Origin: Klebsormidium nitens
Taxonomy: Eukaryota > Plantae > Klebsormidiophyceae
Direction: 5' to 3'
DNA: 63,834 nt
Assembly: GCA_000708835.1 (NCBI GenBank)
Contig: DF237421.1
Span: forward strand, 9,297 to 73,130
Shown here piece after piece: positions 1 through 11,608 of the stretch. Both the position numbers and the translations under genes were made by a program. Numbering within the stretch: the first letter of the stretch is position 1; every line of letters begins with the position of its first letter. Below the pieces are notes generated by a model, which worked only from the letters and a program-made list of their open reading frames with translations, had not been told where the DNA came from and made no database searches.

Positions 1-24
1 CACACCCTCAATGCCCTCAATGGA

Positions 25-400
25 AAGGAAAAAGGGCCGGGGGCTTCGCCCCCCCCCCCACCTTTCCTCCTCCTATTGTGTAGTCAGACAAAGGCGTGTT
101 TACTACTGCTAGTGTTTAGCACGGCCATGGGCGCCTACGTCGGCTCTTGTGTTCTGCCCATCAGAGTGGGGGGGCAGGGGGGCTCGGGCCCCCCCACATC
201 ACCCCCATCCCCCCACACGGCCCTCGGTCCTCCCTCGGTGTCCTCGAAATAAAAGGAACATTAAGGGGAGCTTCGCCCCCCTCTGCTTCTTTCCCTCCTC
301 CGCTTATGTGAACCAGTTGACATGTGCGCGTGTGTTATAAAAGCGCAGTTATGGGCGCCACCTCGGTTCTTGTGTTCTGCTCATCAGCATGAGGGGGGCT
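25..400. repeat. Diverged ~225-bp tandem duplication; each copy has a GC-TTC-GC mini-hairpin
   Basis: ggggcttcgcccc at 40-52 vs gagcttcgcccc at 268-279; atgggcgcc..tcgg.tcttgtgttctgc.catcag at ~128-165 vs ~351-388. Confidence 0.65.
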
Positions 401-559
401 CCGTCCCCGTCACATTGCCCCAACGTCCTTGTGAAAAGGTAAATGGTGGGGGAGAGGAGGGGCTGTACTCGATGTTCATGCTAGCTACCTTGTACTTTTG
501 ATAAGGGAACTTAAGCAAGGCTTCAGCGCCCTTCCGTAGTCGTGCCAATGGTTTCAACT

Positions 560-1540
560 CCAACATGGGCGAGATTAAGTCTGGCAACTTAGCCTCTTAG
601 CTCCCCGGCCCGATCTTGCACTAGGGCCAGCTCCGTGGTCTCCCCAAGAGCCCCAGCTAGATGCCACCGTAATCTTTCGCAGAAACATACCGATCCTTGG
701 ATACATGCTCAGATCCGTGTAAGAGAAAACGCATGGGGAAGTACATGCCGTACAATTTCAAGACGGGTTCAAGACTCAGAGTCTTCTTTCGGCCTCTCAG
801 TTGACTAGGCTAGCCGCCCCATGAATTGTCTGATCAACGCATGATCTAATTGACGGGATGAAAGAATATCTTGCAGAGCAATTCGATCGTGCACGGCGGA
901 CTTCGTTGAGTGCCTTGAGCCGAATATGTGAGCTTATATACATCCATCGGCTATGCAAATTTGGTGCAATCGATTAGGTTGGACACAATATTGTACCTGC
1001 CTCGATCCGCTCTAAGTTATAATTTCCGCTAGCTCTTCGTGCCTGTGTAGCTGACCAAGGCCGGCGCTTCTAGGCCCTCACCGCGTTACATGCTGTAAAT
1101 CATACGATGACATATGTGTCAATCAAGATCGAACGCGTCAATATCTCGACAAGCTTCTTCTAATGATGTTTAGAATTGCCAAACCTTTCAGTGCCTGCGT
1201 CTGTCATGAACTTGAATGAAGCTTGAAGCTGTAGAATCAAGGGCCACAGGATCATACCTCGGAGAACTAATGTCGACAGGCCAGGCCCGGGTTTGGATGC
1301 TAACCGCGAGCACATCATGGCCGGAATGGAATTGAAGGCATCGGTCATCTCGCCCTTGAACATGCAGACTCTCAATGAGAGTGCTAAAAATGGAGCGCAC
1401 ATCTACCGAGTCCGAAACACCAGTGGCATGCATAGTTGGTGATTGAACCGGGCCCGGAGACAAAAACCAACAGAATGGGCTCCCTTTCAATTTCAACACT
1501 AACTGATGTGGCAGATTAAAGAGGACGGTCGGCTGCATGT
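560..1540 (-). mobile_element. Possible highly decayed transposon relic (hAT-like?)
   Basis: Stop-riddled minus-strand peptides (HSRWMYISSHIRLKAL; MYPRIGMFLRKITVASS) faintly recall the hAT TRWNS and dimerisation-domain motifs. No terminal repeats found. Confidence 0.18.
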
Positions 1541-1626
1541 CCGACTTTTAATTATGCCGACCTGGGCTACGACGTTTATTCTAGCCAAACACAATCATTT
1601 CTAGCGTCTGTACACGTCATTTTTTT

Positions 1627-4600
1627 CTACATAAACGCGCCCGCCCCCTCGTCCTCGCCTCCGTCGTCCACGTCGTCTCCCTCCTGCCCCTCGTCTTCCT
1701 CCTCTAGTTCGTCTTCTTCCGCATCGGGGTCCAACCCCTGCGCAAACAGCGCACGATTTTAGGCGACCAGTTACGAAACTGGATGCACGTGCTGACTCTC
1801 CGGAAAGTCGTTTCGTTGTAGCGCCTCACCTTCCTCCTCTGGCTCTTCTTAGCTTTCGTACCATCTCTAGTACTTGACCCAAATACTTCCAAACGCAGTA
1901 TCCTGCCGACTTGCCCAGCATCCTTCTTTACCCGCCAATAATCTCTCGGCAGCCCAACAGAAAGCAGACCCAGTACACACAACACAGAACACGGAACACA
2001 AAACACAGATGAAAAACCGCAAAGTCCTCCCTGACCTTCATGAGATTTCTATGCGCGCCAGCCCCATCAGAGTTTCAGCCCATCAGCAACCCCAATACAA
2101 ACCTCAAAAATCAAACCCAATTTTCCAATGCCACAACGTCTGTGCAAAACCTCAAAACCCAAACCCAAATTCTATCCCTCCCCCCCACCTTCATGAGCTT
2201 TTCTAGACGCGCCAGCCCCGCCTGCGCCTCCTTGCTGCGCGGGTTCATCGCGAGCGCGATCTGGAAGTGCGACAACGCCTCGCTGTGCTTGCGCTGCGCC
2301 ATGAGCACGCCCGCCAGCCGCGAGTGGACCGAGTCCTTCTTGTGCGTTTCCAAGTGTCGTTGTAACCTGCAAGCGAGGTATTGATTCAGCCTGTCTTCGT
2401 TGAGCATCATCATCAACTTGAGTTGCAATCAGCTTTGATGAGGTGTTAGTCGACCGGTAGCTAAAACTGCGCGTTAACCAAGTCCTTCTTGTGCGTTTCG
2501 AGATGGCGTTGTAACCTGCGAGTTAGGTATGAATTCAGCTTCTCTTTGTTTCGCATCTTCGATTTGAGTTGCTATTAGTCGACAGGTAGCTTTAATCGCG
2601 CGTTAAGTGGGTTCTTCGTGTGCGTTTCGAGATGCCGTTGTAACCTGCAAGGTAGGTGATTATTCAGCCTCTCTTTGGGAAGCATTGTCGATTTGAGATG
2701 CGAAAGAGTTTGTGGGCATCTCCAAGGGTGTACAGGACATCGAGATGCCAGCTGGCAACCCAGTTCCCGCTTTTGCGGATCGCTTGGGGGGTCCTTGCTC
2801 TTGACACCGCGCTGCTGGTGTGCCAAACGTCGCTTGTCGGAAAACTGGAATTTCTCGTCAGGCAACCCTTTGAATACAAGCCAAAGCTTCGATAGACTGG
2901 AGTCTGTAAGAGGGCTGAGAGCGATCAGACCCTCCTAGCAGCTTCAAAAAGAAACGTTTGCAAGCGCTTAGAAAGCATATTCCGTTAGGCACAGCAAAGG
3001 CAGCAGCGACGCCCGCCTTTACGAAAGAGGGTAGTGTGGTTCACTTAAAGGTCCGTTGCTTGTTTTTCTAAGAAAAGTCGTCCTTCTCGCTGGCATAACT
3101 TCGACAAAACTCAAAGCGATGAAATCTGTGACAGGGTTAGTAGTATTCGAAACCTTCTAGCAGCATCGATGCGCATTAAATCCGAGGAAGCGGAAAAAGG
3201 AGCTGTGTAAGGCACAGCAAGGGCAGCAACGACAACCACCTTCACCGAAAATACTAATTGAAGTCACTTACAGCTGTTGTGCGTCCCCTAGTCGGTCCTG
3301 CATTTGGTACAGCTCCGCCAGGCCCAGTATCGCTTCCAGGCACTTGGGATCCACCGCTAGCGCCCGCTCGAACTGGGCGTGGGCCTGCATTAGGTGTGAC
3401 CGGAATGAGCGACCTTCGTCCGATTCAAGTGGCGTCAAACATTGGCAGATTGCTTGAGAAACGCTGTAGCTGAAGGAAATACTCAGCAGCATTGACGTTG
3501 TCCGTGGTTTTGCAGGTCACCCGCCTTACGTTGGATGACCGGGCGCTGTCTTGATAGAGACGATTGTCCACACTGAAATAGGGAGTGGGAGGCTGTAAAT
3601 TTCTCGGTCCCCTCGCACCCCCACGTTCGCGATCGCAAGACCCAGAATCAGACCCTTCGCTCCTGTTTCTAAAAGTGGGTCTTGCGTCTACATCTGAAGT
3701 GGACTCTACCTATTGCTGTCAAAGTGGGCCCCCCCTTATGCAGCCGCTGCAGCTAAACCGGGGGCGAGGGCATACGTCTCTTACTGCAAAGGGTGTACAC
3801 GCGTTGCGCCAGGGGTTATCGAGATGAACGAAGTGGCCCTTACCCGTTGTCCCTGGTCTAGGTGCATGTACGCAACGCCCGGTAAGCACACCGCCCGCGC
3901 GGAGCCCGGCATCGCTTTCGCGGCTTCCTTGGCGACCACTAGCGCCTCCTTCGGCTTGGCTACGGACAGGGACGCTTTGACTAGACCTGAACGAAGAGAA
4001 AACGGCACGGGCTATATCTGTATGAACTTGCTATAAGACATTGTAGCTCCAGCGATTTGAAGATTCTCCGTAGTAAGCCAACGTTTGGATTTAAGTACGT
4101 TCGAGAGAGCTTTCAAAATCTGCACGGCGATCAGAAGTCGTTTTCAGCCAGCTGGTTCTCAGCGAGCGACGTTCGGCCAGCGCCCACGTGTTCAGAACAC
4201 AGGGTCAGAAGAGAGGACCCTGTTTCAGTTGCGTGTGTGGAAAGAGGTGAGTCGCACAAGTGGCAAAAGACCCCGTCGTAGCAAAAGTCCTCCTGTTCCC
4301 TCGAGGCTGGGCTAACCTGAAAGTTACCCGGGGCCAACAGGAAAGGCATCAGAACCTCTGTACTTCGAATTCAGGTCGAAAGTCAGAGGTCCAAAATTCG
4401 GACAGCACCACTCTATAACCGATGCCAAGAGCTGCTCTGATCGGCAAATTTTTCCTTTCCGCCAGTGCGAAACTACACAAAGCTGAGAAGGTTTTCAACT
4501 TCAGATTTGGATCAGCTGTAAGAGAATTATCAACCGGATCCAGCTGCAAGGCGCGGCAACGATTCTCACCTTCAAAGCCCTGCAAAGTCGGGTCAAGTTG

Positions 4601-7600
4601 AAGGGACCGCCGAAAGGCCGCGACGGCGGCCTCCGCTCTACCCATAGAGAGACACAAGTTACCCTGCAGCGAAAAGCCCAGAAGTTTGTCAGTAACGAAC
4701 GACGACGGAAATGTTGATTCGTACTTACGCAAAAATCCCCCTGTACCATCCCTGAGTCCTCAGTTTTTCACACAATAGGAGAGACTCCTCAGATTGCATG
4801 CAAAACGAGCTCTGAAGCACTCCAAGAGCCCGATCGACGTCAGTCGTCTTTTGAGGGTGTCAGATTTGAATTTGTTCTTGGATGAACAAAAGACGCTGCG
4901 ACGTCGGGGAAAACAATATACCACTGGTCGCATATACAAACGCAGAAAACCTGCAGGAACTTAAGAGCTTTCATCCGACAGGGGAGCCTCTGAAGCTTAT
5001 GCTCCGCAACGTTGATTCTTAAGTTCCGTTCACAAGGTTCTGTCTGAAGCGGGGCAATGCAAAGGGAGTGCGCAAGACGACGTACCCGTATATAGTACGC
5101 CAGCCCATGTCGATCGTTCGCCTTGATCGCCTGCACAAAAGAAAGACGCTTGTTTACAATCTTACTTTCGTCTTCTGTCAACCTCAGTCCAACAACTGCA
5201 GACCGCATATCTGAAAACACACGTAGCATTCCGCTCGCTTCTCTTACCGCAGATTCCCCTCAGCTACTCTGATTAACCGCTCTTTGCACCAATACCGCTC
5301 AAGAAACCAACGCATATGCTTTTGACCAACTCTCTTGTCACGTCACTGACGTAGAGACGAGGAGCATATGCCATCAGCAAGACTGGTGAAGCGGACAAAG
5401 GTCCGTGCTACAGTGATGACGTCGTCAGCGCCACGTCACCTTGTCTGCGTACGTCAGCGCCTTCGGCAGGTCCTCGCGCGCCTCCCAGAAGATGGCCGAC
5501 GCCACCCAGCTCTCCGGGCACCGGTAATCCGTGCTCAAAAGCTCGTGGGTTAGCCTGCAGGGTCAACGTAAACTGTGGTCAAAGGAGGGAAGCTGATTCA
5601 GGAGGTCGTGTGTAAATCTACTAGGGGATCGGTACTCAGCAGCTCTTGGGTTAGTCTGCAAAACCAATATAGAAGCGTGCCTCAGAAAGGAAACTAGCTC
5701 AGGAGATCGTGTGACAGGCTGGTTAGGTTTTCCTTCACCAGCAGCAACTTACGTGGGGCAAATTATTTTATCGACCTCACTTTGAAGGAATCTTAACGTG
5801 GATATGTTGACAGAAGAGATACCCAGCGCTCGCTGACATTGGCAACTTTAACAGTCTCTCTCAGACGTACATCTGGGCAATGGCAAGGATCTACTATGAA
5901 CCCCGCACTCAATCCACGAGCTCGATTGCACAGATTGACACTCCCTCAGCGGCATGGCGCAGCGATCCAAACTCTCGACCTATCTCGCAACCTCAGATGT
6001 GACACGATCCGAAAAATACGTAGATTCAAAGCCCAAAATTCCAGAAGCCATAGAAGCACGCCTTTGGACTCACTTGTTCAGGTCAGCAATCTCGCCTTGT
6101 GACCTCAGCAGAAACGCGTACCGGTCCATTTGCGTGAGGATTCCCGGGTCCATCAGCCGCACCTTTTGGTACGTCACGCACGCGTCAGAGACGGCGTCGG
6201 ACGCTGCTTCAGCCTGTAAGACACGTGAAACCTGATTTGGACGTCCTTGCAACTAATTCTTCCAAGATTGTCGTCAGGTCAAGCACACAAGATCAGGGTG
6301 AAACGTCCTAGCCGCTAAAGACTCCGATTCTTAAGTTCGTATCTACTAACATATGCACGCTTACAGAAGGGGGTCGGAGAACGCTTTCTTTCGACAGGGA
6401 ATAAAAAGCGAGGGCTTTGCTGGACGATAATTCTCGCTTCGGACGTGTCGAACTGCATCGGTGTACTGCATCCATTGGTCTATCCAATTTGACACGCACA
6501 TATCGGAGTCAACGCCGAACGACGCGCCTTCCCTTACAAACCCAGGAGCCATGCGGAATCCGGTATGAATGACCCGTTCCAACGAGGGCTTTCACTAGAT
6601 CAAAGGAAAGTCAGCGACACGCACAAGACAGCATCATTCGGCGTTATCGCATGGGGCGCCCTGTCATGAGCGCCATCGTAAGCAGGTAGATCGCCACGAT
6701 TTGAGAACGCCTGGGGCACGGAAACTACAAATTCCCGGCTGTCCAACCGCGTGGTCACCAATTTTTAAGCATTCCGGATCGTCGATGGCTTCAAAAGCGA
6801 GAAAGCGGAGCAGAACTCTGTCCTACTAACAAAAGGCCTAAACCGGGCAGACCGGAGGCACTCAAGAAAATCCGGCCAATAGGGACTGAATGTTTGAGTG
6901 CGACAAACGCGGCGATCTACCTGAAGCACGTGAGCCTTGAAACGCAGCGGACTCGCCATGCATAGACGCATGGAAAGCACGGACGCTTTTTGAGCGCCCG
7001 TCGTTGATCATCTCGAGCATGGAGTGCTGCGGCCAACTTGGTTGCGGTAGAGACTCAAAAAAAGCAGAAACAGTATCGTGACAACAAGGCGAAGAATAGA
7101 ACGTCCAATCATGACCTGCGTGAGCGTCCGCTTTTCGCATCACGACTTTGGAAGGTGCTTGTACAGATACGGAGGGAAGAACGAAACAAAGACAGGAGGT
7201 GAGAAGCAAATGGAACGAGCACGGAGCAAGTATAAACGGAAGGGACAACCTAAAGACAACGCTAAACGCAAAAGAAGAGGAGGGAAAAACGAAACGAGCG
7301 CCGCACCTTGGCCTGTTCGAGCATGAGGTGCTGCGCCCCGGGGAAGCGCTCCTGCAGCGCCCCCCAGTGGGCACGTGCCTTGCGGTGCTCGTGCGCCGCG
7401 GCTGCCACGTGGCCCTCCACGAATTGCTGCAAAGGAGAAATGAGGAGACTCTCGGTTCTAGAACCATAGGCGGTACGGGTGGGAATGTTCAGAGCGATGT
7501 TGGAATGGCGCTTAGAGTTGATTCGGTGTGTGAAGTATGTGATTTCGGGTAGAACTTCGATGGCCTTGCCTGGGGGAATGGCCCTGTCAAAGCAGCTTTG

Positions 7601-10600
7601 TATCAAACGTATCGAGAATCATAGGACGTGGAATAAGCGATTGATTGAAGACTGTCAGAGGCGGTGGCGGGCCTTCCAAATGAGACAAGCGATGAACGAC
7701 GGCATTCGAAGATTCTCGGCAGCGGCGGTTCTCCGTGAAAACTTTCAACGATGCACCTTGCCCTCCCTTTCAAGCGGCGGAAGATCATTTCTGATCTCGC
7801 ATCCCGTGTTTGTTATTTTTGAGGCCACACAAAGTCTTACAACCAGGACGCAGGCCCGAGCAGCGTAGATGGGCGGAGCTTTCATAGAACGTCCGACACC
7901 CAACCTCAACCGGTGAGATCAAGTCGGAAACCCTTCCCTATGCGGACCTAAAACCGCAAATCGCAGCGAACGTCCGACACCCAAACGACTCCAGGTACGC
8001 CCGGCGATCTTTACGCTCGATTGTCAGCCTCATGCTTTTAAGATTGAATGAAGTTTGATTTCGAAGCGGACGTCCAGCGGACCTGAAGCCAGAGAGCGGG
8101 GTCGAGCGGATCGGTCGAAAGATCGCGGGAGCCGAAGACGGGCGGGGGCGGCATTGGGAGCAGGTCCTGGATCTCGCGCGTCGGCGTGCGCAGCCGGGCG
8201 AGTGCCACGTGGCACTCCAACATGTACGGGCACTGCCTGCAGAAAGTGATGGGGAACGTCGATTTGAAGTGACATAACAAGACGTTAAAACGTTCACAAC
8301 AATTCTGAGACTCTTATCATGACGTGGCAATGCATGCGGGCCGGTCGCATCTGCGTTGCAAGGAAGCAAACACGTCGAACTGATTAACTGCTTTTCAAAG
8401 TTCGTCGGTGTGCAGAACGGACGAATGTCAAACCACCAGGAGCTATGGACACGCGAAACCTTTGGGCATAGGAGCACAATCGAAGGTGAGTTCGCATCAA
8501 TTTATTGCTCGTAATTTGTGCTGAGATATAAGTTGTCAATGAAGCAAAGTGAACCGTCAAATAATCACGGAGGTCATGTCATCAAGCTCTTTCATCTGTT
8601 GATCGATCGCAAAGTGCAATCAACATTAAAGAGCAGTGCGTTCGTCGATCCAAGGAAAGTGCATATTCACACAATCTGCAGTCTGGGCCTATTCGAACTG
8701 ACTGAAGGTGGAGCTGAATTGCAAGGCGTCGTGTGGATAACTCATAGGCTGCACGGGGCTCACCTAAGGCACTCTCGGTGGCATGCAATCGCGGCCCTGC
8801 ACAAGACGAAGAATCTTCATCGATACAACTGCCCGGGAGTTGGTCGAGGTTTGTTTCCGGTGTCTAGAACCCTTTCCAATCAAGCCCTGGCTCAAATGCC
8901 GGGCCAAGATTAAGGGCAGCCTAGGAATCGTGATGAAATGTTTGTCGTGCCTGTCCTTAATTGGCAACCCGGGGATTTGGGCTTAACCCAGAAGCCTAAG
9001 TCATGTGGGTGCACGAACTTGGTCGGGTAGACTCCCTGGATAGATCGTCCGCAACTTATGAACCATATCAACGCCCCCACTTCTCAGCAACCAGATTCGT
9101 GCACAAAGAGTTTCGCGATTGTCCCCAGCCACGCCACATTCCGGCGCACACAGGTTTGACGAGAACTCCAGGAACAGGGGACAACCAAGAGAGGGCAACG
9201 AAGGCCACCGCAACTTTGAAAGACGCCATTGTGGCGTCAAAGGGCAGGAAACGGCAGCGGTGCAGATTATCTATGGCCAGATGAGGTCGGTGTAAGGATA
9301 GATAAGGTGCCGGTCAAGAGAAAAGCCAACGGGAGAGAGAGAGCCCACCTGTCGTATCCATGATATTGGTATAACCGCGCCAGACAGAGGTTCATCGCCA
9401 AGGTGCGGGCACGGGACGGAACCGTTTCTAACTGCAAACGGCCGGATCCAGATTCAGAACGGGGTTTCAAGGGTCAATCTACAGCTAGCATGTCCAAACC
9501 GCGTTGGATTCGAAAACATTGCAGGGTGATGAAAAAGGCACACAGATGCAGGATAGAACGTTGGACTTTCATCGATCGAACCCTGCAGCCCCAGAACTTA
9601 GTTTTAACTCGTTCACATCGAAGCACCCACAACCTGCTTAAGGCCAAACTCGTTTCTCCTTTAACGTCGTAGACTCGTTTCGAAGCAGGAGTCAGGGGAG
9701 TAAACCGATACTCCGAATCCTCGTAGCAACTTGACTATCATGGTTCGACCGCAGAACCACGCATAAACTCTCATCGACATATGCAGTTCCTAATGCGTAA
9801 ATCCTGCAAGCATATCAAAGTCTCCAATCTCACCTCCTGGAGCGCCGCCCTCATCTCATTGAGCGACAGGTGGCACTGCGCCATTCGATACTTGACTTCG
9901 TTCTCATCAATTCTTCCCGTTCCTTCGGGGGTCTGCTCAGCAGCGCCCAGGACCCCCCCAAAACCGGAGCGCCCAATTCCGGACTTGCCGGCGTGGCTCG
10001 CCAGCTGTAGGGCTGCTCGATATTCAGCCTACGAGAAGATGAAGGTGAGTAAGCGACCCAAGACGTAAGAAACCCGAAACAAAGAGAGCATGATCAGGGA
10101 CTCATTTTAGTGCCTGCTCAAGTGGGCGGAGGTTTCCACCGCAAGTCACTCAAAACTGTACCTCTCATTCAATCGATCCGCTGCCAATCCCCCTCAAGAT
10201 CCACATAAAATGAGAATGATAGAGAACCTTGGTTGAGAGTAAGTAACTGCGTAAGGGGCACTGCTTAACCTGCCACGAATGCCGAAAAGACCGGGTCCTC
10301 ATGACAACTCACCAGCGCTCGCCGGTACTGCTTTGTCCCTCGATATGCGTCAGCGAGAAGGATCTGGCACATGCAAACGACGAAGTCGTGAGGCCGATTC
10401 CCTTGCAACTTCAAGCGGCGAGCACCAGCCAGAGAACCTGCCATCACCTTCTAAGATGCTTTATCTTAAGCCAGCCCTTGATTCATTTCTAGTAAACAAA
10501 AGGAGGGGCTTGACATTATCTAAAGTGCTGATATCTCCAGAGTGCAGAAAGTGTTCAAATCAGCAGGTGCTATCCGCACCACCCTTTCTCAGTGTCAGAC

Positions 10601-11371
10601 TTACTCGAATGGAAGGAAGTGCCCATGTTTACATTTGCTTGCACTTTTGACACCTGTGGGGGCAAAATTATGCGTTGTGTGTCCCTTTAGCCCTCGGTGG
10701 ATGCTTGCTCACCATGTTTTCCGCGTGTTGCATTGCATCCACGTCAGGCAGCGTCGACTCAGCAGCAAGCAACAATTGCGCCTGCAAAAAGAACAGCTTC
10801 CGCCACGCTGAAGCTTTGCACCCCTCAATCATTGCTGTCGATGAAATAACCGGCTGGCTTAGTAGAAATAGACCGCCCGCAGTAGTTGCTGATCGACCCT
10901 TCTAGCGGTCCAATCAGGGCCCATTGCTCAGCAACCACAAGTTGGCCCTGGTTGCTGAGTGGGGCGACAGGAAAGCCCATCAGCAATTCCATGACGTATA
11001 TGTGTGTACAATTTTCAACATCAAATGAGAAACAGGTGGCGCAATGGCAACAAACCTGCCAATCAAGTCACCACTTCTCAGCCGGGCAATTCATTAGTGC
11101 CGGACTCCAATTGCTCACAAGTGACATGGACAATCCCCAAACAGTCCAATCTCTCCGTGCATTTGGACTCATCGCAGCAAGAACCCAAAGCCAGCCAAAC
11201 AGCCCTGCAATTTGCTGATTCTCCGCAAAAACATCCGCCCATGCTAAGACCAACTTGGCCCTCATTCTGATCAAAGCGGGCCTCGATAGGCAGGCACCTT
11301 ACCATCAGCTCTGCAGACTCGTGCAGGCCCTCCTGCAGGAAGAACCGGAGCTGTCGCTGCATCACCTCCAT
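1627..11371 (-). CDS. APC7: Anaphase-promoting complex subunit 7 (TPR protein), ~570 aa, 16 exons
   Basis: Exons (-): 11371-11303, 10781-10713, 10363-10313, 10028-9834, 9431-9349, 8796-8764, 8236-8083, 7426-7307, 6213-6074, 5554-5440, 5130-5086, 4663-4570, 3986-3844, 3384-3272, 2366-2189, 1737-1627. All are GT-AG, total 1713 nt, in frame. The peptide is colinear with plant APC7 (MEVMQRQLRFFLQEGLHESAELM; ENEVKYRMAQCHLSL; CLRQCPYMLE; ALSHFQIALAMNP; acidic GLDPDAEEDE tail). Confidence 0.95.
2333..2720 (-). repeat. Three tandem ~140-bp copies spanning the APC7 exon 15 acceptor
   Basis: The motif gtgcgtttc....tg.cgttgtaacctgc occurs at ~2342, ~2491 and ~2620. Only the 2366 copy continues into the full exon. 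Confidence 0.9.
2985..3250. repeat. Intronic direct repeat, ~222-bp spacing
   Basis: taggcacagcaaagggcagcagcgac (~2986) vs taaggcacagcaagggcagcaacgac (~3208). Confidence 0.7.
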
Positions 11372-11608
11372 GGCGCCCTTCCCTGAAGCTGAACTTTAAT
11401 TTAATAGTTCAACTTCAAGTTCAAGTGGTGGAGAAGATTTTGTCGAGATTACTGAGGGTAATACGTTCTTGCATTCTAAGCCCTGAGGCTGCATGGGCAC
11501 CCGGCAGGTGATGGAGAGGTCGGTTTCTCATTTCGACGAGCTGCTGAGTTCAGTCTTTGATATGGCATTGGTCTGGGTCGCATTGGTAGGTATTTGCGCT
11601 GAGTAAGC
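11372..11608. promoter_or_regulatory. Putative bidirectional promoter between APC7 and the PPR-SMR gene
   Basis: Only 237 bp separate the two divergent ATGs (11371 on -, 11609 on +). Confidence 0.55.
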
